Shown here piece after piece: positions 1 through 15,000 of a DNA stretch of 64,000 bases (position 1 is the first letter of the stretch; each line of letters opens with the position of its first letter). The translations under genes were made by a program, and so were the position numbers. This stretch comes from Eledone cirrhosa (Eukaryota), in assembly GCA_964016885.1 (NCBI GenBank), contig OZ024741.1, positions 414,780,001 to 414,844,000 of the forward strand. Direction: 5' to 3'. The notes beneath the pieces were generated by a model. It ran no database searches. It had not been told where the DNA came from and saw only the letters and a program-made list of their open reading frames with translations.

Positions 1-3000
1 CTTTGGTCTTACACTCTACCGAGTATAAGACACCGGGAGACCTACATCACACGTACTTTGGTCTGACACTCTACTGAGTATAAGACACCAGGAGACCTAC
101 ATCACCCGTACTTTGGTCTGACACTCTACCGAGTATAAGACACCAGGAGACCTACATCACACATAATTTGGCCTTACACTCTACCGAGTATAAGACACCA
201 GCAGACCTATATCACACATACTTTGGCCTTACACTCTACCGAGTATAAGACACCAGCAGACCTACATCACACATAGTTTGGTCTGACACTCTACCGAGTA
301 TAAGACACCAGAAGACCTACATCACACGTACTTTGGTCTGACACTCTACCGAGTATAAGACACCAGCAGACCTACATCACACATACTTTGGCCTTACACT
401 CTTCCGAGTATAAGACACCAGGAGACCTACATCACACATACTTTGGTCTTACACTCTACCGAGTATAAGACACCAGGAGACCTACATCACACGTACTTTG
501 GTCTGACACTCTACCGAGCATAAGACACCAGGAGACCTACATCACACATACTTTGGTCTTACACTCTACCAAGTATAAGACACGAGGAGACCTACATCAC
601 ACATACTTTGGTCTGACACTCTACCGAGTATAAGACACCAGGAGACCTACATCACACATACATAGCTCTGACACTCTACGGAGTATAAGACACCAGGAGA
701 CCTACATCACACATACTTTGGTCTGACACTCTACCGAGTTGAAGACAGCAGGAGACCTACATCACACGTACTTTGGTCTGACACTCTACCGAGTATAAGA
801 CACCAGGAGACTTACATAACACGTACTTTGGTCTGACACTCTACCAAGTATAAGACACCAGGAGACCTACATCACATGTACTTTGGTTTGAAACTCTACC
901 GAGTATAAGACACCAGGAGACCTACATCACACGTACTTTGGTCTTACACTCTACCGAGTATAAGACACCAGGAGACCTACATCACACATACATAGGTCTG
1001 ACACTCTACCGAGTATAAGACACCAGGAGACCTACATCACACATACATAGGTTTAACACTCTACCGAGTATAAGACACCAGGAGACCTACATCACACATA
1101 CATAGGTTTAACACTCTACTGAGTATAAGACACCAGGAGACCTACATCACACATACTTTGGTCTGACACTCTACCGAGTATAAGACACCAGGAGACCTGC
1201 ATCACACATACTTTGGTCTGACACTCTACCGGGTATAAGACACCAGGAGACCTACATCACACATACTTTGGTCTGACACTCTAGCGAGTATAAGACACCA
1301 GGAGACCTACATCACACGTACTTTGGTCTGACACTCTACCGAGTATAAGACACCAGGAGACCTACATCACACGTACTTTGGTCTCACACTCTACCGAGTA
1401 TAAGACACCAGGAGACCTACAGCACACATACTTTGGTATGACACTCTACCGAGTATAAGACACCAGGAGACCTACATCACACGTACATTGGTCTGACACT
1501 CTACCGAGTATAAGACACCAGGAGACCTACAGCACACATACTTTGGTATGACACTCTACCGAGTATAAGACACCAGGAGACCTACATCACACATGCTTTG
1601 GTCTTACACTCTACCGAGTATAAGACACCTGGAGACCTACATCACACATACATAGGTTTAACACTCTACCGAGTATAAGACACCAGGAGACCTACATCAC
1701 ACATACTTTGGTCTTACACTCTACAGACTATAAGACACCAGGAGACTTACATCACACATACTTTGGTCTTACACGCTACAGAGTATAAGACACCAGGAGA
1801 GCTACATCACACGTATTTTGGTCTGACACTCTACCGAGTAAAAGACACCAGGAGACCTACATCACACGTACTTTGGTCTGACACTCTACCGAGTATAAGA
1901 CACCAGGAGACCTACATCACACATACTTTGGTCTGACACTCTACCGAGTATAAGACACCAGGAGACCTACATCACACATACTTTGGTCTTACACTCTACC
2001 GAGTATAAGACACCAGGAGACCTACATCACACGTACTTTGGTCTGACACTCTACCGAGTATAAGACACCAGGAGACCTACATCACACATACTTTGGTCTG
2101 ACACTCTACCGAGTATAAGACAACGGGAGACCTACAGCACACATACTTTGGTATGACACTCTACCGAGTATAAGACACCAGGAGACCTACATCACACGTA
2201 CATTGGCATGACACTCTACCGAGTATAAGACACCAGGAGACCTACAGCACACATACTTTGGTCTGACACTCTACCCAGTATAAGACACCAGGAGACCTAC
2301 ATCACACATACTTTGGTCTGACACTCTACCGAGTATAAGACACCAGGAGACCTACATCACACATACATAGGTTTAACACTCTACCGAGGATAAGACAACC
2401 AGGAGACCTACATCACACATACTTTGGTCTTACACGCTACAGAGTATAAGACACCAGGAGACCTACATCACACATACTTTGGTCTGACACTCTACCGAGT
2501 ATAAGACACCAGGAGACCTACATCACACGGACTTTGGTCTCACACTCTACCGAGTATAAGACATCAGGAGACCTACATCACACATACTTTGGTCTTACAC
2601 TCTACCGAGTATAAGACACCAGGAGACCTACATCACACGTACTTTGGTCTCACACTCTACCAAGTATAAGACACCAGGAGACCTACATCACACGTACTTT
2701 GGTCTGACACTCTACCGAGTATAAGACACCAGGAGACCTACATCACACATACATAGGTCTGACACTCTACCGAGTATAAGACACCAGGAGACCTACATCA
2801 CACATACATAGGTTTAACACTCTACCGAGTATAAGACACCAGGAGACCTACATCACACATACATAGGTTTAACACTCTACTGAGTATAAGACACCAGGAG
2901 ACCTACATCACACATACTTTGGTCTGACACTCTACCGAGTATAAGACACCGGGAGACCTACATTACACATACTTTGGTCTGACACTCTACCGGGTATAAG

Positions 3001-6000
3001 ACACCAGGAGACCTACATCACACATAATTTGGTCTGACACTCTACCGAGTATAAGACACCAGGAGACCTACATCACACATACTTAGGTCTGACACTCTAC
3101 CGAGTATAAGACACCAGGTGACCTACATCACACATACTTTGGTCTGACACTCTACCGAGTATAAGACACCAGGAGACCTACATCACACGTACTTTGGTCT
3201 GACACTCTACCGAATATAAGACACCAGGAGACCTACATCACACATACTTTGGTCTGACACTCTACCGGGTATAAGACACCAGGAGACCTACATCACACAT
3301 ACTTTGGTCTGACACTCTAGCGAGTATAAGACACCAGGAGACCTACATCACACGTACTTTGGTCTGACACTCTACCGAGTATAAGACAACAGGAGACCTA
3401 CATCACACATACTTAGGTCTGACACTCTACCGAGTATAAGACACCAGGTGACCTACATCACACATACTTTGGTCTTACACTCTACCGAGTATAACACACC
3501 AGGAGACCTACATCACACGTACTTTGGTCTGACACTCTACCGAGTATAAGACACCAGGAGACCTACATCACACATATTTTGGTCTTACACTCTACCAAGT
3601 ATAAGACACCAGGAGACCTACATCACACATACTTTGATCTGACACTCTACCGAGTATAAGACACCGGGAGACCTACATCACACATATTTTGGTCTGACAC
3701 TCTACCGAGTATAAGACACCAGGAGACCTACATGACACATACATAGGTTTAACACTCTACCGAGTATAAGACACCAGGAGACCTACATCACACATACATA
3801 GGTCTGACACTCTACTGAGTATAAGACAGCAGGAGACCTACATCACACATACATTGGTCTTACACTCTACCGAGTATAAGACACCAGGAGACCTACATCA
3901 CACATACTTTGGTCTTACACTCTACCAAGTATAAGACACCAGGAGACCTACATCACACATACTTTGGTCTGACACTCTACCGAGTATAAGACACCAGGAG
4001 ACCTACATCACACATACTTTGGTCTTACACTCTACCGAGTATAAGACACCAGGAGAACTACATCACACATACTTTGGTCTTACACTCTACCAAGTATAAG
4101 ACACCAGGAGATCTACATCACACATACTTTGGTCTTACACTCTACCAAGTATAAGACACCAGGAGACCTACATCACACATACTTTGATCTGACACTCTAC
4201 CGAGTATAAGACACCGGGAGACCTACATCACACATATTTTGGTCTGACACTCTACCGAGTATAAGACACCAGGCGACCTACATCACACATACATAGGTTT
4301 AACACTCTACCGAGTATAAGACACCAGGAGACCTACATCACACGCACTTTGGTGTCACACTCTACCGAGTATAAGACACCAGGAGACCTACATCACACAT
4401 ACTTTGGTCTTACACTCTACCGAGTATAAGACACCGGGAGACCTACATCACACGTACTTTGGTCTGACACTCTACTGAGTATAAGACACCAGGAGACCTA
4501 CATCACCCGTACTTTGGTCTGACACTCTACCGAGTATAAGACACCAGGAGACCTACATCACACATAATTTGGCCTTACACTCTACCGAGTATAAGACACC
4601 AGCAGACCTATATCACACATACTTTGGCCTTACACTCTACCGAGTATAAGACACCAGCAGACCTACATCACACATAGTTTGGTCTGACACTCTACCGAGT
4701 ATAAGACACCAGAAGACCTACATCACACGTACTTTGGTCTGACACTCTACCGAGTATAAGACACCAGCAGACCTACATCACACATACTTTGGCCTTACAC
4801 TCTACCGAGTATAAGACACCAGGAGACCTACATCACACATACTTTGGTCTTACACTCTACCGAGTATAAGACACCAGGAGACCTACATCACACGTACTTT
4901 GGTCTGACACTCTACCGAGTATAAGACACCAGGAGACCTACATCACACATACTTTGGTCTTACACTCTACCAAGTATAAGACACGAGGAGACCTACATCA
5001 CACATACTTTGGTCTGACACTCTACCGAGTATAAGACACCAGGAGACCTACATCACACATACATAGCTCTGACACTCTACGAAGTATAAGACACCAGGAG
5101 ACCTACATCACACATACTTTGGTCTGACACTCTACCGAGTTGAAGATAGCAGGAGACCTACATCACACGTACTTTGGTCTGACACTCTACCGAGTATAAG
5201 ACACCAGGAGACTTACATAACACGTACTTTGGTCTGACACTCTACCAAGTATAAGACACCAGGAGACCTACATCACATGTACTTTGGTTTGAAACTCTAC
5301 CGAGTATAAGACACCAGGAGACCTACATCACACGTACTTTGGTCTTACACTCTACCGAGTATAAGACACCAGGAGACCTACATCACACATACATAGGTCT
5401 GACACTCTACCGAGTATAAGACACCAGGAGACCTACATCACACATACATAGGTTTAACACTCTACCGAGGATAAGACACCAGGAGACCTACATCACACAT
5501 ACATAGGTTTAACACTCTACTGAGTATAAGACACCAGGAGACCTACATCACACATACTTTGGTCTGACACTCTACCGAGTATAAGACACCAGGAGACCTG
5601 CATCACACATACTTTGGTCTGACACTCTACCGGGTATAAGACACCAGGAGACCTACATCACACATACTTTGGTCTGACACTCTAGAGAGTATAAGACACC
5701 AGGAGACCTACATCACACGTACTTTGGTCTGACACTCTACCGAGTATAAGACAACAGGAGACCTACATCACACATACTTAGGTCTGACACTCTACCGAGT
5801 ATAAGACACCAGGTGACCTACATCACACATACTTTGGTCTTACACTCTACCGAGTATAACACACCAGGAGACCTACATCACACGTACTTTGGTCTGACAC
5901 TCTACCGAGTATAAGACACCAGGAGACCTACATCACACATATTTTGGTCTTACACTCTACCAAGTATAAGACACCAGGAGACCTACATCACACATACTTT

Positions 6001-9000
6001 GATCTGACACTCTACCGAGTATAAGACACCGGGAGACCTACATCACACATATTTTGGTCTGACACTCTACCGAGTATAAGACACCAGGAGACCTACATCA
6101 CACATACATAGGTTTAACACTCTACCGAGTATAAGACACCAGGAGACCTACATCACACATACATAGGTCTGACACTCTACCGAGTATAAGACACCAGGAG
6201 ACCTACATCACACATACTTTGGTCTTACACTCTACCAAGTATAAGACACCAGGAGACCTACATCACACATACTTTGGTCTGACACTCTACCGAGTATAAG
6301 ACACCAGGAGACCTACATCACACATACTTTGGTCTTACACTCTACCGAGTATAAGACACCAGGAGAACTACATCACACATACTTTGGTCTTACACTCTAC
6401 CAAGTATAAGACACCAGGAGATCTACATCACACATACTTTGGTCTTACACTCTACCAAGTATAAGACACCAGGAGACCTACATCACACATACTTTGATCT
6501 GACACTCTACCGAGTATAAGACACCGGGAGACCTACATCACACATATTTTGGTCTGACACTCTACCGAGTATAAGACACCAGGCGACCTACATCACACAT
6601 ACATAGGTTTAACACTCTACCGAGTATAAGACACCAGGAGACCTACATCACACGCACTTTGGTCTCACACTCTACCGAGTATAAGACACCAGGAGACCTA
6701 CATCACACATACTTTGGTCTTACACTCTACCGAGTATAAGACACCGGGAGACCTACATCACACGTACTTTGGTCTGACACTCTACTGAGTATAAGACACC
6801 AGGAGACCTACATCACCCGTACTTTGGTCTGACACTCTACCGAGTATAAGACACCAGGAGACCTACATCACACATAATTTGGCCTTACACTCTACCGAGT
6901 ATAAGACACCAGCAGACCTATATCACACATACTTTGGCCTTACACTCTACCGAGTATAAGACACCAGCAGACCTACATCACACGTAGTTTGGTCTGACAC
7001 TCTACCGAGTATAAGACACCAGAAGACCTACATCACACGTACTTTGGTCTGACACTCTACCGAGTATAAGACACCAGCAGACCTACATCACACATACTTT
7101 GGCCTTACACTCTTCCGAGTATAAGACACCAGGAGACCTACATCACACATACTTTGGTCTTACACTCTACCGAGTATAAGACACCAGGAGACCTACATCA
7201 CACGTACTTTGGTCTGACACTCTACCGAGCATAAGACACCAGGAGACCTACATCACACATACTTTGGTCTTACACTCTACCAAGTATAAGACACGAGGAG
7301 ACCTACATCACACATACTTTGGTCTGACACTCTACCGAGTATAAGACACCAGGAGACCTACATCACACATACATAGCTCTGACACTCTACGGAGTATAAG
7401 ACACCAGGAGACCTACATCACACATACTTTGGTCTGACACTCTACCGAGTTGAAGACAGCAGGAGACCTACATCACACGTACTTTGGTCTGACACTCTAC
7501 CGAGTATAAGACACCAGGAGACTTACATAACACGTACTTTGGTCTGACACTCTACCAAGTATAAGACACCAGGAGACCTACATCACATGTACTTTGGTTT
7601 GAAACTCTACCGAGTATAAGACACCAGGAGACCTACATCACACGTACTTTGGTCTTACACTCTACCGAGTATAAGACACCAGGAGACCTACATCACACAT
7701 ACATAGGTCTGACACTCTACCGAGTATAAGACACCAGGAGACCTACATCACACATACATAGGTTTAACACTCTACCGAGTATAAGACACCAGGAGACCTA
7801 CATCACACATACATAGGTTTAACACTCTACTGAGTATAAGACAGCAGGAGACCTACATCACACATACTTTGGTCTGACACTCTACCGAGTATAAGACACC
7901 AGGAGACCTGCATCACACATACTTTGGTCTGACACTCTACCGGGTATAAGACACCAGGAGACCTACATCACACATACTTTGGTCTGACACTCTAGCGAGT
8001 ATAAGACACCAGGAGACCTACATCACACGTACTTTGGTCTGACACTCTACCGAGTATAAGACACCAGGAGACCTACATCACACGTACTTTGGTCTCACAC
8101 TCTACCGAGTATAAGACACCAGGAGACCTACAGCACACATACTTTGGTATGACACTCTACCGAGTATAAGACACCAGGAGACCTACATCACACGTACATT
8201 GGTCTGACACTCTACCGAGTATAAGACACCAGGAGACCTACAGCACACATACTTTGGTATGACACTCTACCGAGTATAAGACACCAGGAGACCTACATCA
8301 CACATGCTTTGGTCTTACACTCTACCGAGTATAAGACACCTGGAGACCTACATCACACATACATAGGTTTAACACTCTACCGAGTATAAGACACCAGGAG
8401 ACCTACATCACACATACTTTGGTCTTACACTCTACAGACTATAAGACACCAGGAGACTTACATCACACATACTTTGGTCTTACACGCTACAGAGTATAAG
8501 ACACCAGGAGAGCTACATCACACGTATTTTGGTCTGACACTCTACCGAGTAAAAGACACCAGGAGACCTACATCACACGTACTTTGGTCTGACACTCTAC
8601 CGAGTATAAGACACCAGGAGACCTACATCACACATACTTTGGTCTTACACTCTACCGAGTATAAGACACCAGGAGACCTACATCACACGTACTTTGGTCT
8701 GACACTCTACCGAGTATAAGACACCAGGAGACCTACATCACACATACTTTGGTCTGACACTCTACCGAGTATAAGACAACGGGAGACCTACAGCACACAT
8801 ACTTTGGTATGACACTCTACCGAGTATAAGACACCAGGAGACCTACATCACACGTACATTGGCATGACACTCTACCGAGTATAAGACACCAGGAGACCTA
8901 CAGCACACATACTTTGGTCTGACACTCTACCCAGTATAAGACACCAGGAGACCTACATCACACATACTTTGGTCTGACACTCTACCGAGTATAAGACACC

Positions 9001-12000
9001 AGGAGACCTACATCACACATACATAGGTTTAACACTCTACCGAGGATAAGACAACCAGGAGACCTACATCACACATACTTTGGTCTTACACGCTACAGAG
9101 TATAAGACACCAGGAGACCTACATCACACATACTTTGGTCTGACACTCTACCGAGTATAAGACACCAGGAGACCTACATCACACGGACTTTGGTCTCACA
9201 CTCTACCGAGTATAAGACATCAGGAGACCTACATCACACATACTTTGGTCTTACACTCTACCGAGTATAAGACACCAGGAGACCTACATCACACGTACTT
9301 TGGTCTCACACTCTACCAAGTATAAGACACCAGGAGACCTACATCACACGTACTTTGGTCTGACACTCTACCGAGTATAAGACACCAGGAGACCTACATC
9401 ACACATACATAGGTCTGACACTCTACCGAGTATAAGACACCAGGAGACCTACATCACACATACATAGGTTTAACACTCTACCGAGTATAAGACACCAGGA
9501 GACCTACATCACACATACATAGGTTTAACACTCTACTGAGTATAAGACACCAGGAGACCTACATCACACATACTTTGGTCTGACACTCTACCGAGTATAA
9601 GACACCGGGAGACCTACATTACACATACTTTGGTCTGACACTCTACCGGGTATAAGACACCAGGAGACCTACATCACACATAATTTGGTCTGACACTCTA
9701 CCGAGTATAAGACACCAGGAGACCTACATCACACGTACTTTGGTCTGACACTCTACCGAGTATAAGACACCAGGAGACGTACATCGCACGTACTTTGGTC
9801 TGACACTCTACCGAGTATAAGACACCAGGAGACGTACATCACACATACTTTGGTCTGACACTCTACCGAGTATAAGACACCAGGAGACCTACATCACACG
9901 TACTTTGGTCTGACACTCTACCGAATATAAGACACCAGGAGACCTACATCACACATACTTTGGTCTGACACTCTACCGAGTATAAGACACCAGGAGACCT
10001 ACATCACACGTACTTTGGTGTCACACTCTACCGAGTATAAGACACCAGGAGACCTACATCACACGTACTTTGGTCTCACACTCTACTGAGTATAAGACAC
10101 CAGGAGACCTACAGCACACATACTTTGGTATGACACTCTACCGAGTATAAGACACCAGGAGACCTACATCATACGTACATTGGTCTGACACTCTACCGAG
10201 TATAAGACACCAGGAGACCTACAGCACACATATTTGGTCTGACACTCTACCGAGTATAAGACACCAGGAGACCTACATCACACATACTTTGGTCTTACAC
10301 TCTACCGAGTATAAGACACCTGGAGACCTACATCACACATACATAGGTTTAACACTCTACCGAGTATAAGACACCAGGAGACCTACATCACACATACTTT
10401 GGTCTTACACTCTACAGAGTATAAGACACCAGGAGACTTACATCACACATACTTTGGTCTTTCACGATACAGAGTATAAGACACCAGGAGACCTACATCA
10501 CACATACTTTGGTCTGACACTCTACCGAGTATAAGACACCAGGAGACCTACATCACACGTACTTTGGTCTGACACTCTACCGAGTATAAGACACCAGGAG
10601 ACCTACATCACACATACTTTGGTCTTAGACTCTACCGAGTATAAGACACCAGGAGACCTACATCACACGTACTTTGGTCTGACACTCTACCGAGTATAAG
10701 ACAACAGGAGACCTACATCACACATACTTAGGTCTGACACTCTACCGAGTATAAGACACCAGGTGACCTACATCACACATACTTTGGTCTTACACTCTAC
10801 CGAGTATAACACACCAGGAGACCTACATCACACGTACTTTGGTCTGACACTCTACCGAGTATAAGACACCAGGAGACCTACATCACACATACTTTGGTCT
10901 AACACTCTACCGAGTATAAGACACCAGGAGACCTACATCACACGTACTTTGGTCTGACACTCTACCGAGTATAAGACACCAGGAGACCTACATCACAGGT
11001 ACTTTGGTCTCACACTCTACCGAGTATAAGACACCGGGAGACCTACAGCACACATACTTTGGTATGACACTCTACCGAGTATAAGACACCAGGAGACCTA
11101 CATCACACGTACATTGGTCTGACACTCTACCGAGTATAAGACACCAGAAGACCTGCAGCACACATACTTTGGTCTGACACTCTACCGAGTATAAGACACC
11201 AGGAGACCTACATCACACATACATAGGTTTAACACTCTACCGAGTATAAGACACCAGGAGACCTACATCACACATACTTTGGTCTTACACTCTACAGAGT
11301 ATAAGACACCAGGAGACCTACATCACACATACTTTGGTCTTACACGCTACAGAGTATAAGACACCAGGAGACCTACATCACACATACTTTGGTCTGACAC
11401 TCTACCGAGTATAAGACACCAGGAGACCTACATCACACGGACTTTGGTCTCACACTCTACCGAGTATAAGATACCAGGAGACCTACATCACACATACTTT
11501 GGTCTTACACTCTACCGAGTATAAGACACCAGGAGACCTACATCACACATACTTTGGTCTAACACTCTACCGAGTATAAGACACCAGGAGACCTACATCA
11601 CACGTACTTTGGTCTAACACTCTACCGAGTATAAGACACCAGGAGGCCTACATCACACGTAATTTGGTCTGACACTCTACCGAGTATAAGACACCAGGAG
11701 ACCTACATCACAAATACTTTGGTCTGACACTCTACCAAGTATAAGACACCAGGAGACCTACATCACACATACTTTGGTCTGACACTCTACCGAGTATAAG
11801 ACACCAGGAGACTTACATCACACGTACTTTGGTCTGACACTCTACCGAGTATAAGACACCAGGAGACCTACATCACACGTACTTTGGTCTAACACTCTAG
11901 CGAGTATAAGACACCAGGAGACCTACATCACACGTACTTTGGTCTGACACTCTACCGAGTATAAGACACCAGGAGACCTACATCACACATACTTTGGTCT

Positions 12001-15000
12001 GACACTCTACCAAGTATAAGACACCAAGAGACCTACATCTCACGTACTTTGGTCTGACACTCTACCGAGTATAAGACACCAGGAGACCTACATCACACGT
12101 ACTTTGGTCTGACACTCTACCGAGTATAAGACACCAGCAGACCTACATCACACATACTTTGGTCTTACACTCTACCGAGTATAAGACACCAGCAGACCTA
12201 CATCACACATACTTTGGCCTTACACTCTACCGAGTATAAGACACCAGGAGACCTACATCACACATACTTTGGTCTGACACTCTACCAAGTATAAGACACC
12301 AAGAGACCTACATCACACGTACTTTGGTCTGACACTCTACCGAGTATAAGACACCAGGAGACCTACATCACACGTACTTTGGTCTGACACTCTACCGAAT
12401 ATAAGACACCAGGAGACCTACATCACACATATTTTGGTCTGACACTCTACCGAGTATAAGACACCAGGAGACCTACATCAGACGTACTTTGGTCTGACAC
12501 TCTACCGAGTATAAGACACCAGGAGAACTACATCACACGTACTTTGGTCTGACACTCTACCGAGTATAAGACACCAGGAGACCTACATCACACATACTTT
12601 GGTCTGACACTCTACCGAGTATAAGACACCAGAAGACCTACATCACACATACTTTGGTCTGACACTCTACCGAGGATAAGACACCAGGAGACCTACATCA
12701 CACATACTTTGGCCTTACACTCTACCGAGTATAAGACACCAGCAGACCTACATCACACATACTTTGGTCTTACACTCTACCGAGTATAAGACACCAGAAG
12801 ACCTACATCACACATACTTTGGTCTTACACTCTACCGAGTATAAGATACCAGCAGACCTACATCACACATACTTTGGTCTTACACTCTACCGAGTATAAG
12901 ACACCAGCAGACCTACATCACACATACTTTGGTCTTACACTCTACCGAGTATAAGACACCAGCAGACCTACATCACACATACTTTGGCCTTACACTCTAC
13001 CGAGTATAAGACACCAGGAGACCTACATCACACATACATAGGTTTAACACTCTACCGAGTATAAGACACCAGGAGACCTACATCACACATACTTTGGTCT
13101 TACACTCTACCGAGTATAAGACACCAGGAGACCTACATCACACGTACTTTGGTCTGACACTCTACCGAGTATAAGACACCAGGAGACCTACATCACACAT
13201 ACTTTGGTCTGACACTCTACCGAGTATAAGACACCAGGAGACCTACATCACACATACTTTCGTCTCACACTCTACCGAGTATAAGACACCAGTAGACCTT
13301 CAGCACACATACTTTGGTATGACACTCTACCGAGTATAAGACACCAGGAGACCTACATCACAAGTACATTGGTCTGACACTCTACCGAGTATAAGACACC
13401 AGGAGACCTACAGCACACATACTTTGGTCTGACACTGTACCGAGTATAAGACACCAGGAGACCTACATCACACATACTTTGGTCTTACACTCTACCGAGT
13501 ATAAGACACCAGGAGACCTACATCACACATACATAGGTTTAACACTCTACCGAGTATAAGACACCAGGAGACGTACATCACACATACTTTGGTCTTACAC
13601 TCTACCGAGTATAAGACACCAGGAGACCTACATCACACATATTTTGGTCTTACACGCTACAGAGTATAAGACACCAGGAGACCTACATCACACATACTTT
13701 GGTCTGACACTCTACCAAGTATAAGACACCAGGAGACCTACATCACACGGACTTTGGTCTCACACTCTACCGAGTATAAGACACCAGGAGACCTACATCA
13801 CACATACTTTGGTCTTACACTCTACCGAGTATAAGACACCAGCAGACCTACATCACACGTACTTTGGTCTGACACTCTACCGAGTATAAGACACCAGGAG
13901 AGCTACATCACACATACTTTGGTCTGACACTCTACCGAGTATAAGACACCAGGAGACCTACATCATACGTATTTTGGTCTGACACTCTACCGAGTATAAG
14001 ACACCAGTAGACCTACATCACACATACTTTGGTCTGACACTCTACCGAGTATAAGACACCAGGAAACCTACATCACAGGTATTTTGGTCTGACACTCTAC
14101 CGAGTATAAGACACCAGGAAACCTACATCACACGTATTTTGGTCTTACACTCTACCGAGTATAAGACACCAGGAGACCTACATCACACATACTTTGGTCT
14201 GACACTCTACCGAGTATAAGACACCAGGAGACCTACATCACACATACATAGGTTTAACACTCTACCGAGTATAAGACACCAGGAGACCTACATCACACAT
14301 ACTTTGGTCTGACACTCTGCCGAGTATAAGACACCAGGAAACCTACATCACAGGTATTTTGGTCTGACACTCTACCGAGTATAAGACACCAGGAGACCTA
14401 CATCACACATACTTTGGTCTGACACTCTACCAAGTATAAGACACTGGGAGACCTACATCACACGTACTTTGGGCTGACACTCTACCGAGTATAAGACACC
14501 AGGAGGCCTACATCACACATACATAGGTTTAACACTCTACCGAGTATAAGACACCAGGAGACCTACATCACACATACTTTGGTCTGACACTCTACCGAGT
14601 ATAAGACACCAAGAGACCTACATCACACGTACTTTGGTCTGACACTCTACCGAGTATAAGACACCAGGAGCCCTACATCACACGTACTTTGTTCTGACAC
14701 TCTACCGAGTATAAGACACCAGGAGACCTACATCACACATACTTTGGTCTGACACTCTACCGAGTATAAGACACCAGGAGACCTACATCACACATACTTT
14801 GGTCTTACACTCTACCGAGTATAAGACACCAGGAGACGTACATCACACATACATAGGTCTGACACTCTACCGAGTATAAGGCACCAGGAGACCTACATCA
14901 CACATGCTTTGGTCTGACACTCTACCGAGTATAAGACACCAGGAGACGTACATCATACGTACTTTGGTCTTACACTCTACCGAGTATAAGACACCAGGAG

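Noticed and set aside
10-35. Derivation of the 55-mer from a Tc2/pogo-like terminus (GAGTATAAG) or from the local ACTCTAC..GAGTA repeat
   Set aside because: The matches are only 7-9 bp, too short to support without a search.
8474-8719. 81-aa ORF within the satellite
   Set aside because: It results from chance loss of stops in a 55-bp, non-triplet repeat and starts at a non-ATG codon.
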